A stretch of DNA of 52,273 bases from Bacillota bacterium (GTDB taxonomy: Bacteria > Bacillota > Dethiobacteria > Dethiobacterales > Dethiobacteraceae). The stretch lies in contig JAAYLG010000043.1 of NCBI GenBank assembly GCA_012522075.1, positions 1 through 52,273 on the forward strand. The letters are read 5' to 3'. The notes under the pieces are model-generated. The model was given only the letters and a program-made list of their open reading frames with translations. It had not been told where the DNA came from and made no database searches. This document shows, in pieces, positions 1-8,578 of this stretch. The position numbers were made by a program, and so were the translations under genes. Position 1 is the first letter of the stretch; each line of letters opens with the position of its first letter.

Positions 1-364
1 CCAGCAGCAGTTTAATGTTGGCACTGGCTGAGACCACCTTAAGATCCGGATAGGCGGCGGTTGCCTTTTCCAGAAAAGCTTCCATGCCGGCACCGTTTAT
101 AATCAGCAGATCCGCCTCTTCCAAGGTAATCATCTCCTGAGGTGTGAGTTGGTAATCATGCAGGCAGCCGGTCTGCGGTCCCGTCAGGTTGACAAGTTCC
201 ACTCCTTCCACCCCGTCAGTAATATTGGCGGCGGCAATATAAACAGGGTAGAAGGAGGCAACGACAGTCAAGCCGTCTCTTTTTCCCGGTCTGCTGCAGC
301 CGCAAAGCAGCAGGAGGAGGCAGAAAACCAAAGCCGGAACCGGAAGCTTTTTACCTTTAAACAT
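1..364 (-). CDS. Metal (probably zinc) ABC transporter substrate-binding lipoprotein, ZnuA/TroA family. N-terminal part only; the gene runs off the left edge.
   Basis: Not in the ORF track. My translation of the minus strand from ATG 364..362 gives MFKGKKLPVPALVFCLLLLLCGCSRPGKRDGLTVVASFYPVYIAAANITDGVEGVELVNLTGPQTGCLHDYQLTPQEMITLEEADLLIINGAGMEAFLEK... It has a signal peptide with lipobox LLCGC. The SFYP..., LHDYQ.TP and ADL.I.NG.G.E blocks are typical of cluster-9 metal-binding proteins. It is divergent from a Fur-family gene. Confidence 0.75.
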   Translation of the reverse strand, partial: MFKGKKLPVPALVFCLLLLLCGCSRPGKRDGLTVVASFYPVYIAAANITDGVEGVELVNLTGPQTGCLHDYQLTPQEMITLEEADLLIINGAGMEAFLEKATAAYPDLKVVSASANIKLLL

Positions 365-387
365 GATGTATTCTCCTTCACTGCAGA

Positions 388-408
388 AAATGCAAGTCAC
401 TTGCATTT
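388..408. promoter_or_regulatory. Candidate Zur (Fur-family) operator: perfect 10-1-10 palindrome AAATGCAAGT-C-ACTTGCATTT
   Basis: The perfect inverted repeat was read directly from the sequence. It lies 24 nt upstream of the ZnuA-like start, between the divergent znuA-like and zur genes. The AAAT...ATTT outer arms resemble Firmicute Zur boxes. Confidence 0.6.
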
Positions 409-531
409 ATTATAAAGTAGTATTCTTGTGGAAGTCAATAAACGGCATTGGCAGGGAAGTATATTTACTCCCGCTGGACAGGGACGGGAAAGCCGGATAC
501 AATAAAAGGGAGCGGGTGAAAGGAGAGAATT

Positions 532-909
532 ATGGTAAGAAAAACAAAACAGCGCCAGGCTATCCTTACTGTTATTCAAAATGCAGCCAAACCGCTGTCT
601 GCCAGGGAAATCTATAACATGGTCAAAGTACAGCACCCTTCCATCGCCTTAACGACAATCTACCGGAATCTGGATCTGCTCACGGAGCAACAGGTTGTCA
701 GCAAGCTTCGTGTCCGTGACAATGAATACAGTTATATATTGAATGCCAAGGAGCACCGGCATTACCTTGTCTGCCTTTCCTGCCACAAAACTGTCAGCGT
801 TAAGAAATGTCCCTTTGATGTATTTGCCGCCAAAGTGGCGGCAGACACCGGCTATGAAATTGTTGCCCATGATTTCCAGTTGTACGGTTACTGCAGAAAC
901 TGCCGCTGA
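532..909 (+). CDS. zur: Fur-family metalloregulator, probably Zur
   Basis: 125 aa. The N-terminal winged helix reads TKQRQAILTVIQ...PLSAREIY. The C-terminal CLSC...CRNC pairs form the structural Zn site. The HRHY metal-site motif is present. Zur rather than Fur or PerR is inferred from the divergent ZnuA-like gene and the palindrome. Confidence 0.75.
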   Translation: MVRKTKQRQAILTVIQNAAKPLSAREIYNMVKVQHPSIALTTIYRNLDLLTEQQVVSKLRVRDNEYSYILNAKEHRHYLVCLSCHKTVSVKKCPFDVFAAKVAADTGYEIVAHDFQLYGYCRNCR

Positions 910-1042
910 AATACCGCCGGGACAGCCATGAACGGGCAAAAATGGCCGCAGAAGGATACTCCCACCGCGCGGCGAATATAATGTGTTGCCACCTAATTAT
1001 ACCGATGGGAATAGTATGTATGACCGGGCGGGAGGGAGATGA

Positions 1043-1306
1043 ATGCAGCCGAAAAAAACGTTGGATATAACTGCCGATTTCTGCCCCATAACCTTTGTGA
1101 AAACAAAGCTGGCCCTGGAGGAAATGGCGGCAGGCGAAATTCTTGAGGTTATCCTCGCCGGGAAAGTGGCCGTCCAGAACGTCCCGCGCAGTGTGGAACA
1201 CGACGGGCATAAGGTTCATGCTTTGTCGGAGCAGCCCGGCGGGATATTTCGCCTGCTGATAGAAAAGGATGGCGGCCGGAGCCGGCCGGATCAGACGGAT
1301 TATTAA
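1043..1306 (+). CDS. TusA/SirA-family sulfurtransferase-like protein
   Basis: 87 aa. LDITADFCPITFVKTKLALEEM matches the TusA fold with its conserved Cys-Pro motif. GGGAGGGAG lies upstream of the ATG. Confidence 0.7.
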   Translation: MQPKKTLDITADFCPITFVKTKLALEEMAAGEILEVILAGKVAVQNVPRSVEHDGHKVHALSEQPGGIFRLLIEKDGGRSRPDQTDY

Positions 1307-1324
1307 TTAATAATCGGTGGTGAA

Positions 1325-2134
1325 ATGATGTTAAGCGAAACTCAAATCCATCGTTATGCCCGCCAGATTGTCATGCCTGAAGTGGGGGGCAGGGGACAGG
1401 AAAAGCTGCTTGCAGGCAAGGTGCTTTTGGTGGGGGCCGGCGGGCTGGGGTCTCCCGTTAGCATTTATTTGGCTGCAGCAGGTGTGGGTACACTGGGCAT
1501 TATGGACGGCGACACAGTCAGCCTAAGCAACCTGCAGCGACAGATCATCCACAGTACAGATGACATCGGGCGGCCGAAAACTGCCTCGGCAAAAGAAAAG
1601 CTAAACGGCATTAATCCCGATGTTACCGTCATTACTTATACCGAATATGCCACCACGGAAAACCTGCCGCAGATAATACCCCAATATGATGTGGTGATTG
1701 ACTGCTGTGACAATATTGCCACTCGCTACCTGGTAAATGATGCGGCCGTTCTGGCCGGGAAGCCGTTTATTTACGGCAGCATCCTGCGCTTTGAAGGCCA
1801 GACGGCTGTCTTTTACCCGCCCGCCGGGCCGTGTTACCGTTGCCTGTTCCCGGAGGCGCCGCCTCCCGGGGCTGTTCCCAGCTGCCAGGAAGCCGGCGTC
1901 CTCGGCGTGGTGCCGGGCTTGATCGGCATGATCCAGGCTACGGAAGCCATTAAATTACTGCTTGGTGTGGGAGAACCGCTTGTGGGACGTTTGCTTCTTT
2001 ATCATGCCCTTACCATGGATGTGGTGAAGGTAGCTGTTTCTCGCAATAAACAGTGTGCCGTCTGCGGGGAGGCACCTACCATCACCTCACTGGCGGCGGA
2101 AAATTACGAGCTGCCCGACTATTGTACAGCTTAG
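1325..2134 (+). CDS. MoeB/ThiF/HesA-family E1-like adenylyltransferase
   Basis: 269 aa. RYARQI...G..GQ.KL, the Rossmann motif VGAGGLGSP and the CYRC...CAVC zinc pairs are all present. There is no C-terminal rhodanese domain. Confidence 0.85.
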   Translation: MMLSETQIHRYARQIVMPEVGGRGQEKLLAGKVLLVGAGGLGSPVSIYLAAAGVGTLGIMDGDTVSLSNLQRQIIHSTDDIGRPKTASAKEKLNGINPDVTVITYTEYATTENLPQIIPQYDVVIDCCDNIATRYLVNDAAVLAGKPFIYGSILRFEGQTAVFYPPAGPCYRCLFPEAPPPGAVPSCQEAGVLGVVPGLIGMIQATEAIKLLLGVGEPLVGRLLLYHALTMDVVKVAVSRNKQCAVCGEAPTITSLAAENYELPDYCTA

Positions 2135-2164
2135 CCGGACCGGGTTTTGCCCGGCCGGCTTTTC
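2133..2164 (+). terminator. Rho-independent terminator after the E1-like gene
   Basis: AGCCGGACCGGG-ttttg-CCCGGCCGGCT forms a GC-rich nested hairpin followed by TTTC. It overlaps the TAG stop. Confidence 0.6.
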
Positions 2165-2236
2165 AACTTCAGCAGGGAAGAATTTTCAGCCTGTTTTTGC
2201 AAATACTAGGGGAAAACGACATGAGGAGTGCGGCTT

Positions 2237-2683
2237 GTGCATGACCGTTTTCTCCGTGGTTTTGTGTCCGGCGTAATTGGCGGCATTATTATGAACCTGG
2301 CAAGCCTGGTGTTCTACCTGTCCAGATTGACCAACCTGCCTTTCTGGGAATGGGCGGCCATTATGGTCCTGGGCAAACAGCCTGCCAATACTTATGATCT
2401 AATTCTTGCACTGGCGAGCCATTTGTTTTTTACCGGCATCCTGGGGATTATTTTTGCATACCTGATCCTTTTGTTTAACCCGGCTTTCCTGTTGTTTAAG
2501 GGGGTGGTGTATGCCCTTGCAATCTGGTTTTTTATCTACGGACTGACCCTGCTTTATAAGGTGAAGGGCACTGTGCCCATTAATTACTCTACCGCTCTGG
2601 GCAATATTACGGGAGCAATACTGTACGGCCTCACCCTATCCACACTGCTTTTGTTTTTTGAGCACAGGCGCACGCGGCTGTAA
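2237..2683 (+). CDS. Hypothetical integral membrane protein, about 4 TM segments
   Basis: The ORF-track frame runs 2228..2683. I prefer GTG 2237, which is 9 nt after GAGGAG. The protein is strongly hydrophobic (IGGIIMNLASLVFYL, LFFTGILGIIFAYLILLF, ALAIWFFIYGLTLLY, ILYGLTLSTLLLFF). I recognise no family. Confidence 0.55.
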   Translation: MHDRFLRGFVSGVIGGIIMNLASLVFYLSRLTNLPFWEWAAIMVLGKQPANTYDLILALASHLFFTGILGIIFAYLILLFNPAFLLFKGVVYALAIWFFIYGLTLLYKVKGTVPINYSTALGNITGAILYGLTLSTLLLFFEHRRTRL

Positions 2684-2712
2684 TATTTTTATAGTTCAGT
2701 AGCGCGAATACG

Positions 2713-2743
2713 GGTCGCAGAATTTTGCCTGCGGCTTTTTTTC
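2713..2743 (+). terminator. Probable rho-independent terminator
   Basis: GGTCGCAG-aattttgc-CTGCGGC has one G-U pair and is followed by TTTTTTT. Confidence 0.5.
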
Positions 2744-3026
2744 TTGGCAGAAAAACCTCTTTTAATATCATATCTTACCTATGGTTTGCAGAAGTTGACT
2801 GTCTATCTCCAAAATTGCCCCAAACTGATTGGCAATACGCCTTTGCCGGCATGCTAGGCAGCTGATCGTTTGTGCAGCTGCTTCTTGGGGCCTGATGCAG
2901 GGAAAAAAAGAACTGTGTGGAAATGTAAAGATAACAGCAGCTACGAATATCTTTTGCTAGCCAGTCTATTTTTTCAGCAATTACACCTGCACGCAGGCAG
3001 CAGAAGACAGGGAGTGAAAAACAAAG

Positions 3027-4694
3027 ATGGGGAAAAAAGTAATTATTGTGGGAGGTGTAGCCGGAGGCGCCGGTACTGCGGCCCGGCTGAGGCGGCTGGA
3101 CGAGTCCTGTGAAATTATTTTGCTGGAGCGCGGGGAATATATTTCCTATGCCAATTGCGGTCTTCCTTATTATATCGGCGGCGTAATTACAGGCCGCGAC
3201 AAACTGTTTGTGATGACGCGGGAAAAATTTACAGCTTGGTTTAATGTTGATGTGCGTACTTCCTGTGAAGCCGTTGCCATTGACCGCGTACGGCGTAGGG
3301 TGGAAATTGTAAACAAATTGACCGGTGAAAGAACCTTTGAGCATTATGACTACCTGGTGCTGTCACCGGGCGCGGAACCGCTGAAGCCGCCGCTTCCCGG
3401 CATCGAGCACCCGGCTGTATTTACTTTGCGTACTGTGCCGGAGACAGACAGAATTTACCGCTTTCTCCAGGAGCAGCAGCCGCGGAAGGCGGTAATTGTG
3501 GGGGGCGGCTTTATCGGCGTGGAAATGGCGGAAAACCTGCATGCCCGGGGCATAAACGTGGCCCTGGTGGAGATGATGCCGCAGATCCTGCCTTTTTTGG
3601 ATTGGGAAATGGCGGCGCATGTGCAGCAGCATTTGCGTCAGAAAGGTGTCAAACTTGTGCTGGGTGACGGAGTTGCCGGTTTTCAAGACGGCACAAGCAG
3701 TACTATTGCCGTAACTCTCCAGAGCGGCCGGGTGCTGGAGGCGGATTTTGTGCTGCTTGCCGCCGGTGTGCGCCCTGAAATCCGGCTGGCCAGGGAAGCG
3801 GGGCTGGAGGTGGACCGCGGTATCATCGTAAATGAGTATTTGCAAACGTCCGACCCGCATATTTATGCCTTGGGTGATGCCATCGAAGTGACTGATTTTG
3901 TTACCGGTGCCGGGATTCATCTCCCGCTGGCAGGCCCGGCAAACAAGCAGGGCCGGATTGTTGCCAACAATATTGCCGGGCGGCCGGAAAAATTTACAGC
4001 CGTGCAGGGCACAGCCATCCTGAAAGTTTTTGACTTGGTAGCCGCCGCTACCGGTGCCGGCGAGCGGGCACTGCAAAAGGCAGGTCTCCCTTACTACAGC
4101 TGCATCCTGCATCCTGCTTCCCATGCCGATTATTATCCCGGCAGTTCCCGCATGGTGCTGAAACTGCTCTTTGGCCGCGAGGGGCAGTTATACGGGGCAC
4201 AGGCGGTGGGAGGCGCAGGTGTTGACAAGCGGATTGATGTGCTGGCTGCCGCCATCCGCCTGCGTGCAACCGTGGCGGACCTGAAGCAACTGGAACTGAC
4301 GTATGCGCCGCCTTTTTCCTCCGCCAAGGACCCGGTAAATATGGCCGGTTATGTGGCCGAAAATATTCTGGCGGGCGATGTGCAAATTATTACCGCGGAA
4401 GAGTTGCTTGCCGGGGAAAAGGAAAATATGCAGCTTGTGGATGTGCGGGAACCGGGAGAATGCGGGCACGGGCAAATACCGGGTGCCGTCAATATTCCCC
4501 TGGGACAACTGCGGCGGCGCCTCGACGAGCTGGATTCAACCAAGAGGACGATTGTTTACTGTGCGGCGGGTTTGCGTTCCTATCTGGCTTACCGGATTTT
4601 GGTGCAACACGGTTTCATGCATGTCCGCAGCTTGAGCGGCGGTTATCTGCATTATCAAGTCCTGGCGAACGAAAAACAAATAGCGGCGGAGTAA
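3027..4694 (+). CDS. CoA-disulfide reductase-family FAD/NAD(P)H oxidoreductase with a C-terminal rhodanese domain (CoADR-RHD, CoA-persulfide-reductase-like)
   Basis: 555 aa. FAD motif IVGGVAGGAG. Redox Cys motif SYANCGLPYY. Second Rossmann fold VIVGGGFIGVE. The C-terminal rhodanese loop is VYCAAGLRS. Confidence 0.85.
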   Translation: MGKKVIIVGGVAGGAGTAARLRRLDESCEIILLERGEYISYANCGLPYYIGGVITGRDKLFVMTREKFTAWFNVDVRTSCEAVAIDRVRRRVEIVNKLTGERTFEHYDYLVLSPGAEPLKPPLPGIEHPAVFTLRTVPETDRIYRFLQEQQPRKAVIVGGGFIGVEMAENLHARGINVALVEMMPQILPFLDWEMAAHVQQHLRQKGVKLVLGDGVAGFQDGTSSTIAVTLQSGRVLEADFVLLAAGVRPEIRLAREAGLEVDRGIIVNEYLQTSDPHIYALGDAIEVTDFVTGAGIHLPLAGPANKQGRIVANNIAGRPEKFTAVQGTAILKVFDLVAAATGAGERALQKAGLPYYSCILHPASHADYYPGSSRMVLKLLFGREGQLYGAQAVGGAGVDKRIDVLAAAIRLRATVADLKQLELTYAPPFSSAKDPVNMAGYVAENILAGDVQIITAEELLAGEKENMQLVDVREPGECGHGQIPGAVNIPLGQLRRRLDELDSTKRTIVYCAAGLRSYLAYRILVQHGFMHVRSLSGGYLHYQVLANEKQIAAE

Positions 4695-4726
4695 AACAGG
4701 GCAGGAAGAAAAAAGGAGGTTTTAGT

Positions 4727-5533
4727 GTGGCTGATTTTGACAAATACAGGCAGTATGGCGCAGCTCTGACGGAACTTTTATCCATGCCAACGGCACCGCT
4801 TGCTTTGAAACTGCTGAAAACAGAAGAAGAAATCCAGCCGGGCGCCGTCAGACCTAAAAAAGACCGGCAGGTACATTATTCCCTCTGCCAGGTTTTTGCA
4901 CTGGCCCGCCGTGAGGGCCTGGCGTTTGCCATGTTCCGGGAGGACCATTGGTGCTGGGCTCCCCTGATAGCTTTCGGACTGGTGGAATTCCATGAAGAGC
5001 ATGAAAGTTATCCAATTGTCTCTCGCTATCTGGGGATTGCGGACGAAGAAGCCGCCAAAAAATTTTTACGGAACTTCCCCCGCCTGGAATACGGTCAGTA
5101 TGCCGGGCTGGTTGTGGGGCCGCTGACAAAAGCCAACTATGAGCCGGATATTATCCTTATTTACACGGACAGCTACCAACTGAAGAAGCTGCTTTTGGCG
5201 GTAAAGAGCAAGCGTGGTGAACTGGTGACATCTACCTTTGATGCCATTGACTCCTGTGTTTATTCCACCATACCTGTCCTGAAAAACGGGGAATACAGAA
5301 TCACTTTCCCTGATCCCGGCGACATTGAAAGGGCCCTGGCTGAAGACGGGGAAATTATCTTCTCCCTGCCAAAAGACAGATTGGACGAAATTATTTCCGG
5401 CCTGGAATTTTTGTCTTCCATTGGGATGGGCAAATGGCAGCGGGCCGAGAAAATCGAACCGGACCACCCCCGTCCGCCTTTCTACCGGGAGCTTTTCCGC
5501 ATCTGGGGTCTTGACACCGAGGATGAAAGCTGA
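4727..5533 (+). CDS. DUF169-family protein
   Basis: This is the 3' part of ORF 4460..5533. GTG 4727 lies 7 nt after AAAAGGAGG. The product starts VADFDKYRQYGAALTELLSMPTAPLALKLL and contains CQVFALARREG...HWCWAP, which resembles DUF169. The upstream part of the ORF overlaps the CoADR gene and is not coding. Confidence 0.65.
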   Translation: MADFDKYRQYGAALTELLSMPTAPLALKLLKTEEEIQPGAVRPKKDRQVHYSLCQVFALARREGLAFAMFREDHWCWAPLIAFGLVEFHEEHESYPIVSRYLGIADEEAAKKFLRNFPRLEYGQYAGLVVGPLTKANYEPDIILIYTDSYQLKKLLLAVKSKRGELVTSTFDAIDSCVYSTIPVLKNGEYRITFPDPGDIERALAEDGEIIFSLPKDRLDEIISGLEFLSSIGMGKWQRAEKIEPDHPRPPFYRELFRIWGLDTEDES

Positions 5534-5596
5534 AAAAGCGAAAGGAAAAAGCCCGGCTCCTGCCGCTGCAGGAACCGAGCCGTCAAGTAAACTGTG

Positions 5597-5621
5597 ACTG
5601 CCGGAAGGCAGTTAGTTTTTT
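5597..5621. terminator. Terminator hairpin between convergent genes
   Basis: ACTGCC-ggaa-GGCAGT is followed by TAGTTTTTT. It overlaps the stop codon of the minus-strand permease gene. Confidence 0.5.
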
Positions 5622-7471
5622 GGCATTTTCGTTTTGCGTCCGGGTAGGCCCTTGACTATTTCCACATGGAAGCCTTTTCTGCTCTGCCGCACGGTGGCGG
5701 CCATAAAGCCGAAGAAAAAGGCGGACCAGACGGCTCCTGTAACCAAAAGACCCGAAGCGATCCGGGCAGGGGCGGACCATTTAAAGGGAGTGGTGATAAA
5801 TATAACAATTTTCAGCAGGGCGGCAAGAAAGGCATTGGAGGGCGGCGGCACCTCAGGCAAAAGCGGCAGGACGGCAAGCAGTTCTGCCGGCGGGATAAGG
5901 TAAAGCAGGGTAAAACCTAAAAGCAGCAAAAAGAGGAGGTTTATCAGATACATAATCAGGGAGGCTCCGGGAGAAATACGGTGCTGCGGGTTGTCTGGAT
6001 TGTAGCGGGCATTGCTAATGGAGTAAAAGAGCCCGATGGCGCTGGCACCAAAAGAAAGCAGCACCGCTCCCACCGCCAGCATCAGTGTCATGGAGGCGGA
6101 CAGGCCGATGGCAATTGCCGTCCCCGCCAGCAGCGCTTCCATTAAAAGCAGCGTAGGCAGAACTGCTCCCAATAGTTTACCCCAGACCACGGGCCAGCCG
6201 GAGAGGGGCACGCTGTTGAGAAGCCAGTCTGCTTCGCCTTCGCGGCCAAAGGCCTGCAAAGCCATATTGCTGCTGAACATTAATGTATACATAAACAGCA
6301 CTGAAATCAGGGAAGACTGGGCCGTGCTTACCTGTAAGAAAAGATATTGAACGATAAAGAAAACCATGATAATTAACGGTATCAGGTAGCCAAACCATTC
6401 CCGCATGTCCCGCTTTAGATAAAGCAAATCCTTCTTTACCACTGCCCACATGCCGTTCCAGGCCGATGCCTGCCAGGCGGGAGCCGGGGCGGTAAGCGGC
6501 ATTGCTGTGAAACCGGCGCCGGCGGAGGCGTGTTGTTTTGCCTGCCGCCTGCGGCGAGCTGCGCTAGAGGTGAAAGAAATCCAGCCCCGGCGGAAGCCGC
6601 GTTCCATAAAAGTAAAAGAGATGAAAAAAACAACTATCCCGAAAAGCAGTAAAAGCAGGCTCCAGCCAAGGCCTGCGGGGGTACCGCAAGTAATGCCCGA
6701 TATCAGTGCCCGGGCTCCCCAGCCCCAGGGGAAGTATTGCATTGCCTGCAGCAGCGACTGCCGGCCTGCCAGCCAGCTGCCGATGTCCAGCCTTCCCCCT
6801 TTTGCCATGACCATACTGGGTATTTGAAAAACAAGAGCAATAAAAACACCGGCCACGCCGCCGATCAGTCCCACTGCTTCGCGGCTCCTGTGGGGCGGGA
6901 CAAGGCGCATGACCACAAGGTTAAGCAATTCGGCAAAAGCCGTTCCCAAAAACCACAGTCCCAGGCCGACCAGCAGGATAAGGAAATAATACCCGGCTCC
7001 CGCCTTAAAAAGCAGCCCGTAGAAGATTCCGGGCAGAAAGGCAAAAAGCAGTGCCGTGAGAAAATTGCTTGTGGCAATGAGGACGGATTTGACGGCAAAA
7101 ACAACCCGGAGCGGGATGGGAGAGACAAAAAGCAGTTCCAGGTCTTCAGACATATACCGCGTGACAAATGCCGCCGTGATGCCGAAAAAGACCAGCCCGC
7201 TCAGGCAAATCATAAAAAGAAGTGATAAAAATCCTCCCGCTGTATCGGGATTCATGGTGAGCATGGCGCGATAAGCCAAAACGCCCAGGTAGACGAACAC
7301 CGAGGTCAAGCTCAGCCCGAAAGAGACAACCGCCAGCCAGACACCAAACGGCCAGTGCTTGATTTTGTTCATGCTGACGCGCAGCTGTGTTTTTAAGAGC
7401 AAAAGAAATGACGTCCAGAAGCTTTCCTCGGGCGGAGGCTGGGTCAGCGGAGGGGGGATGACTACCTTCAT
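5612..7471 (-). CDS. ABC exporter permease: large polytopic protein that looks like two fused 6-TM halves
   Basis: 619 aa and very hydrophobic throughout. A basic, Ala-rich linker (SSAARRRRQAKQHASAGAG) sits in the middle. Its start overlaps the stop of the upstream ATPase gene (ATGA, 7468..7471). Confidence 0.7.
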   Translation of the reverse strand: MKVVIPPPLTQPPPEESFWTSFLLLLKTQLRVSMNKIKHWPFGVWLAVVSFGLSLTSVFVYLGVLAYRAMLTMNPDTAGGFLSLLFMICLSGLVFFGITAAFVTRYMSEDLELLFVSPIPLRVVFAVKSVLIATSNFLTALLFAFLPGIFYGLLFKAGAGYYFLILLVGLGLWFLGTAFAELLNLVVMRLVPPHRSREAVGLIGGVAGVFIALVFQIPSMVMAKGGRLDIGSWLAGRQSLLQAMQYFPWGWGARALISGITCGTPAGLGWSLLLLLFGIVVFFISFTFMERGFRRGWISFTSSAARRRRQAKQHASAGAGFTAMPLTAPAPAWQASAWNGMWAVVKKDLLYLKRDMREWFGYLIPLIIMVFFIVQYLFLQVSTAQSSLISVLFMYTLMFSSNMALQAFGREGEADWLLNSVPLSGWPVVWGKLLGAVLPTLLLMEALLAGTAIAIGLSASMTLMLAVGAVLLSFGASAIGLFYSISNARYNPDNPQHRISPGASLIMYLINLLFLLLLGFTLLYLIPPAELLAVLPLLPEVPPPSNAFLAALLKIVIFITTPFKWSAPARIASGLLVTGAVWSAFFFGFMAATVRQSRKGFHVEIVKGLPGRKTKMPKN

Positions 7472-8250
7472 CGGTCGTTCCCCTCCTCCAGGCTTCTAAT
7501 CAGTTCGGCCGTTTCATGGCCTCCTGTCAGTTCCAGGAAGATGTCTTCCAGGCTTTCACCCGCATGCCCCACAAGCTGCCGCAACTCTTCCGTGCTGCCC
7601 TGGGCGATCAATTTGCCTTCTTTTAAAATGCCGACCCGGGAACACATTCTTTCGGCTATTTCCAGGATGTGGGTGGACAAAAAAACGGCAGCACCCTGCC
7701 GCGCCATTTCCTGGAGCACATTTTTCAACAGGCGGGCGCTGGCCGGATCCAGCCCCACCGTGGGTTCATCAAGCAGGATGACGCGCGGCTGGTGAATCAG
7801 GGCGGCTGCCAGGATTACTTTTTGTCGCATGCCGTGGGAATAACTTTCCAACAGGTCACCTGCCCGCTCGGTCAGGTCGAACATGGCCAGCAGCTGTTCC
7901 GCCCGCCGCCTGGAGATGTCTTTGGGCATGCGGTATAATGCCGCCACCAGCTCCAAAAACTCCCACGCAGACAGTTTGCCGTACAGTTTGGGCTGGTCCG
8001 GGACATAGGCCAGCATGGACTTTGCCCGGGCGGCCTCACGGTCAATATGATAGCCGCAGATGTATGCTTCGCCGGAGGTGGCTTCCAAAAGGCCTGTCAG
8101 CATGCGGATTGTTGTCGTCTTTCCCGCACCGTTCGGTCCCAGGAAACCGAAAATTTCGCCGGCTTTAATATCCAGGTTTAAGTTGTCTACTGCCGTAGCG
8201 TTGCCGTAACGCTTTGTCAGGTTAACAGTTCTGATTAAGATGTCCTGCAA
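7468..8250 (-). CDS. ABC transporter ATP-binding protein
   Basis: 260 aa. Walker A GPNGAGKTT, signature-like YSHGMRQK, Walker B ILLDEP. TTG start with GGAGGAG upstream. Confidence 0.9.
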   Translation of the reverse strand: MQDILIRTVNLTKRYGNATAVDNLNLDIKAGEIFGFLGPNGAGKTTTIRMLTGLLEATSGEAYICGYHIDREAARAKSMLAYVPDQPKLYGKLSAWEFLELVAALYRMPKDISRRRAEQLLAMFDLTERAGDLLESYSHGMRQKVILAAALIHQPRVILLDEPTVGLDPASARLLKNVLQEMARQGAAVFLSTHILEIAERMCSRVGILKEGKLIAQGSTEELRQLVGHAGESLEDIFLELTGGHETAELIRSLEEGNDR

Positions 8251-8521
8251 AAAACAACACTCCTCCCCGGGGCATTTTTACTGTTTGTTACATTCTCTTA
8301 CAAGGCCGGCAATCCTGCTGTTGACAGGGAATATTCTTGCTTTTGCCTGCGGTTTCCTGCTTGCACGAGGGGTACAGCAAAAGGCAGGAAAAAGAGGAAT
8401 GGCCGCGTAATAAAGTGTTAATTCCCGGGAGCCCGGTTTGCGGATTATACGGCGGCGGGAAAAGGCGGGGCGGGAAAGGGCGGCGGGTGAGAAGTGCAAG
8501 CGGTTCCGGCCTGCATCGAGG

Positions 8522-8550
8522 TTGACAAGGCTTTCCTGAATGGATAGAAT
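8522..8550 (+). promoter_or_regulatory. Sigma-A-type promoter for hisS-aspS (TTGACA-17-TAGAAT)
   Basis: TTGACA at 8522..8527 and TAGAAT at 8545..8550, with a 17-nt spacer. It lies about 30 nt upstream of the hisS start. Confidence 0.6.
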
Positions 8551-8578
8551 GTTTTTGTACTTGAAGGGGGCGGTATGT

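Noticed and set aside
2775-3344. 189-aa minus-strand ORF overlapping the 5' end of the CoADR-rhodanese gene
   Set aside because: It overlaps the strongly supported FAD-binding N-terminus on the other strand, and I see no RBS. The 2750..3026 intergenic part shows no structure I could interpret.
8278-8540. Possible T-box or other leader upstream of hisS
   Set aside because: I found no AGAGA/GNUGG Stem I elements, no T-box 14-mer and no terminator with a U-tract. The best promoter lies downstream of this region.
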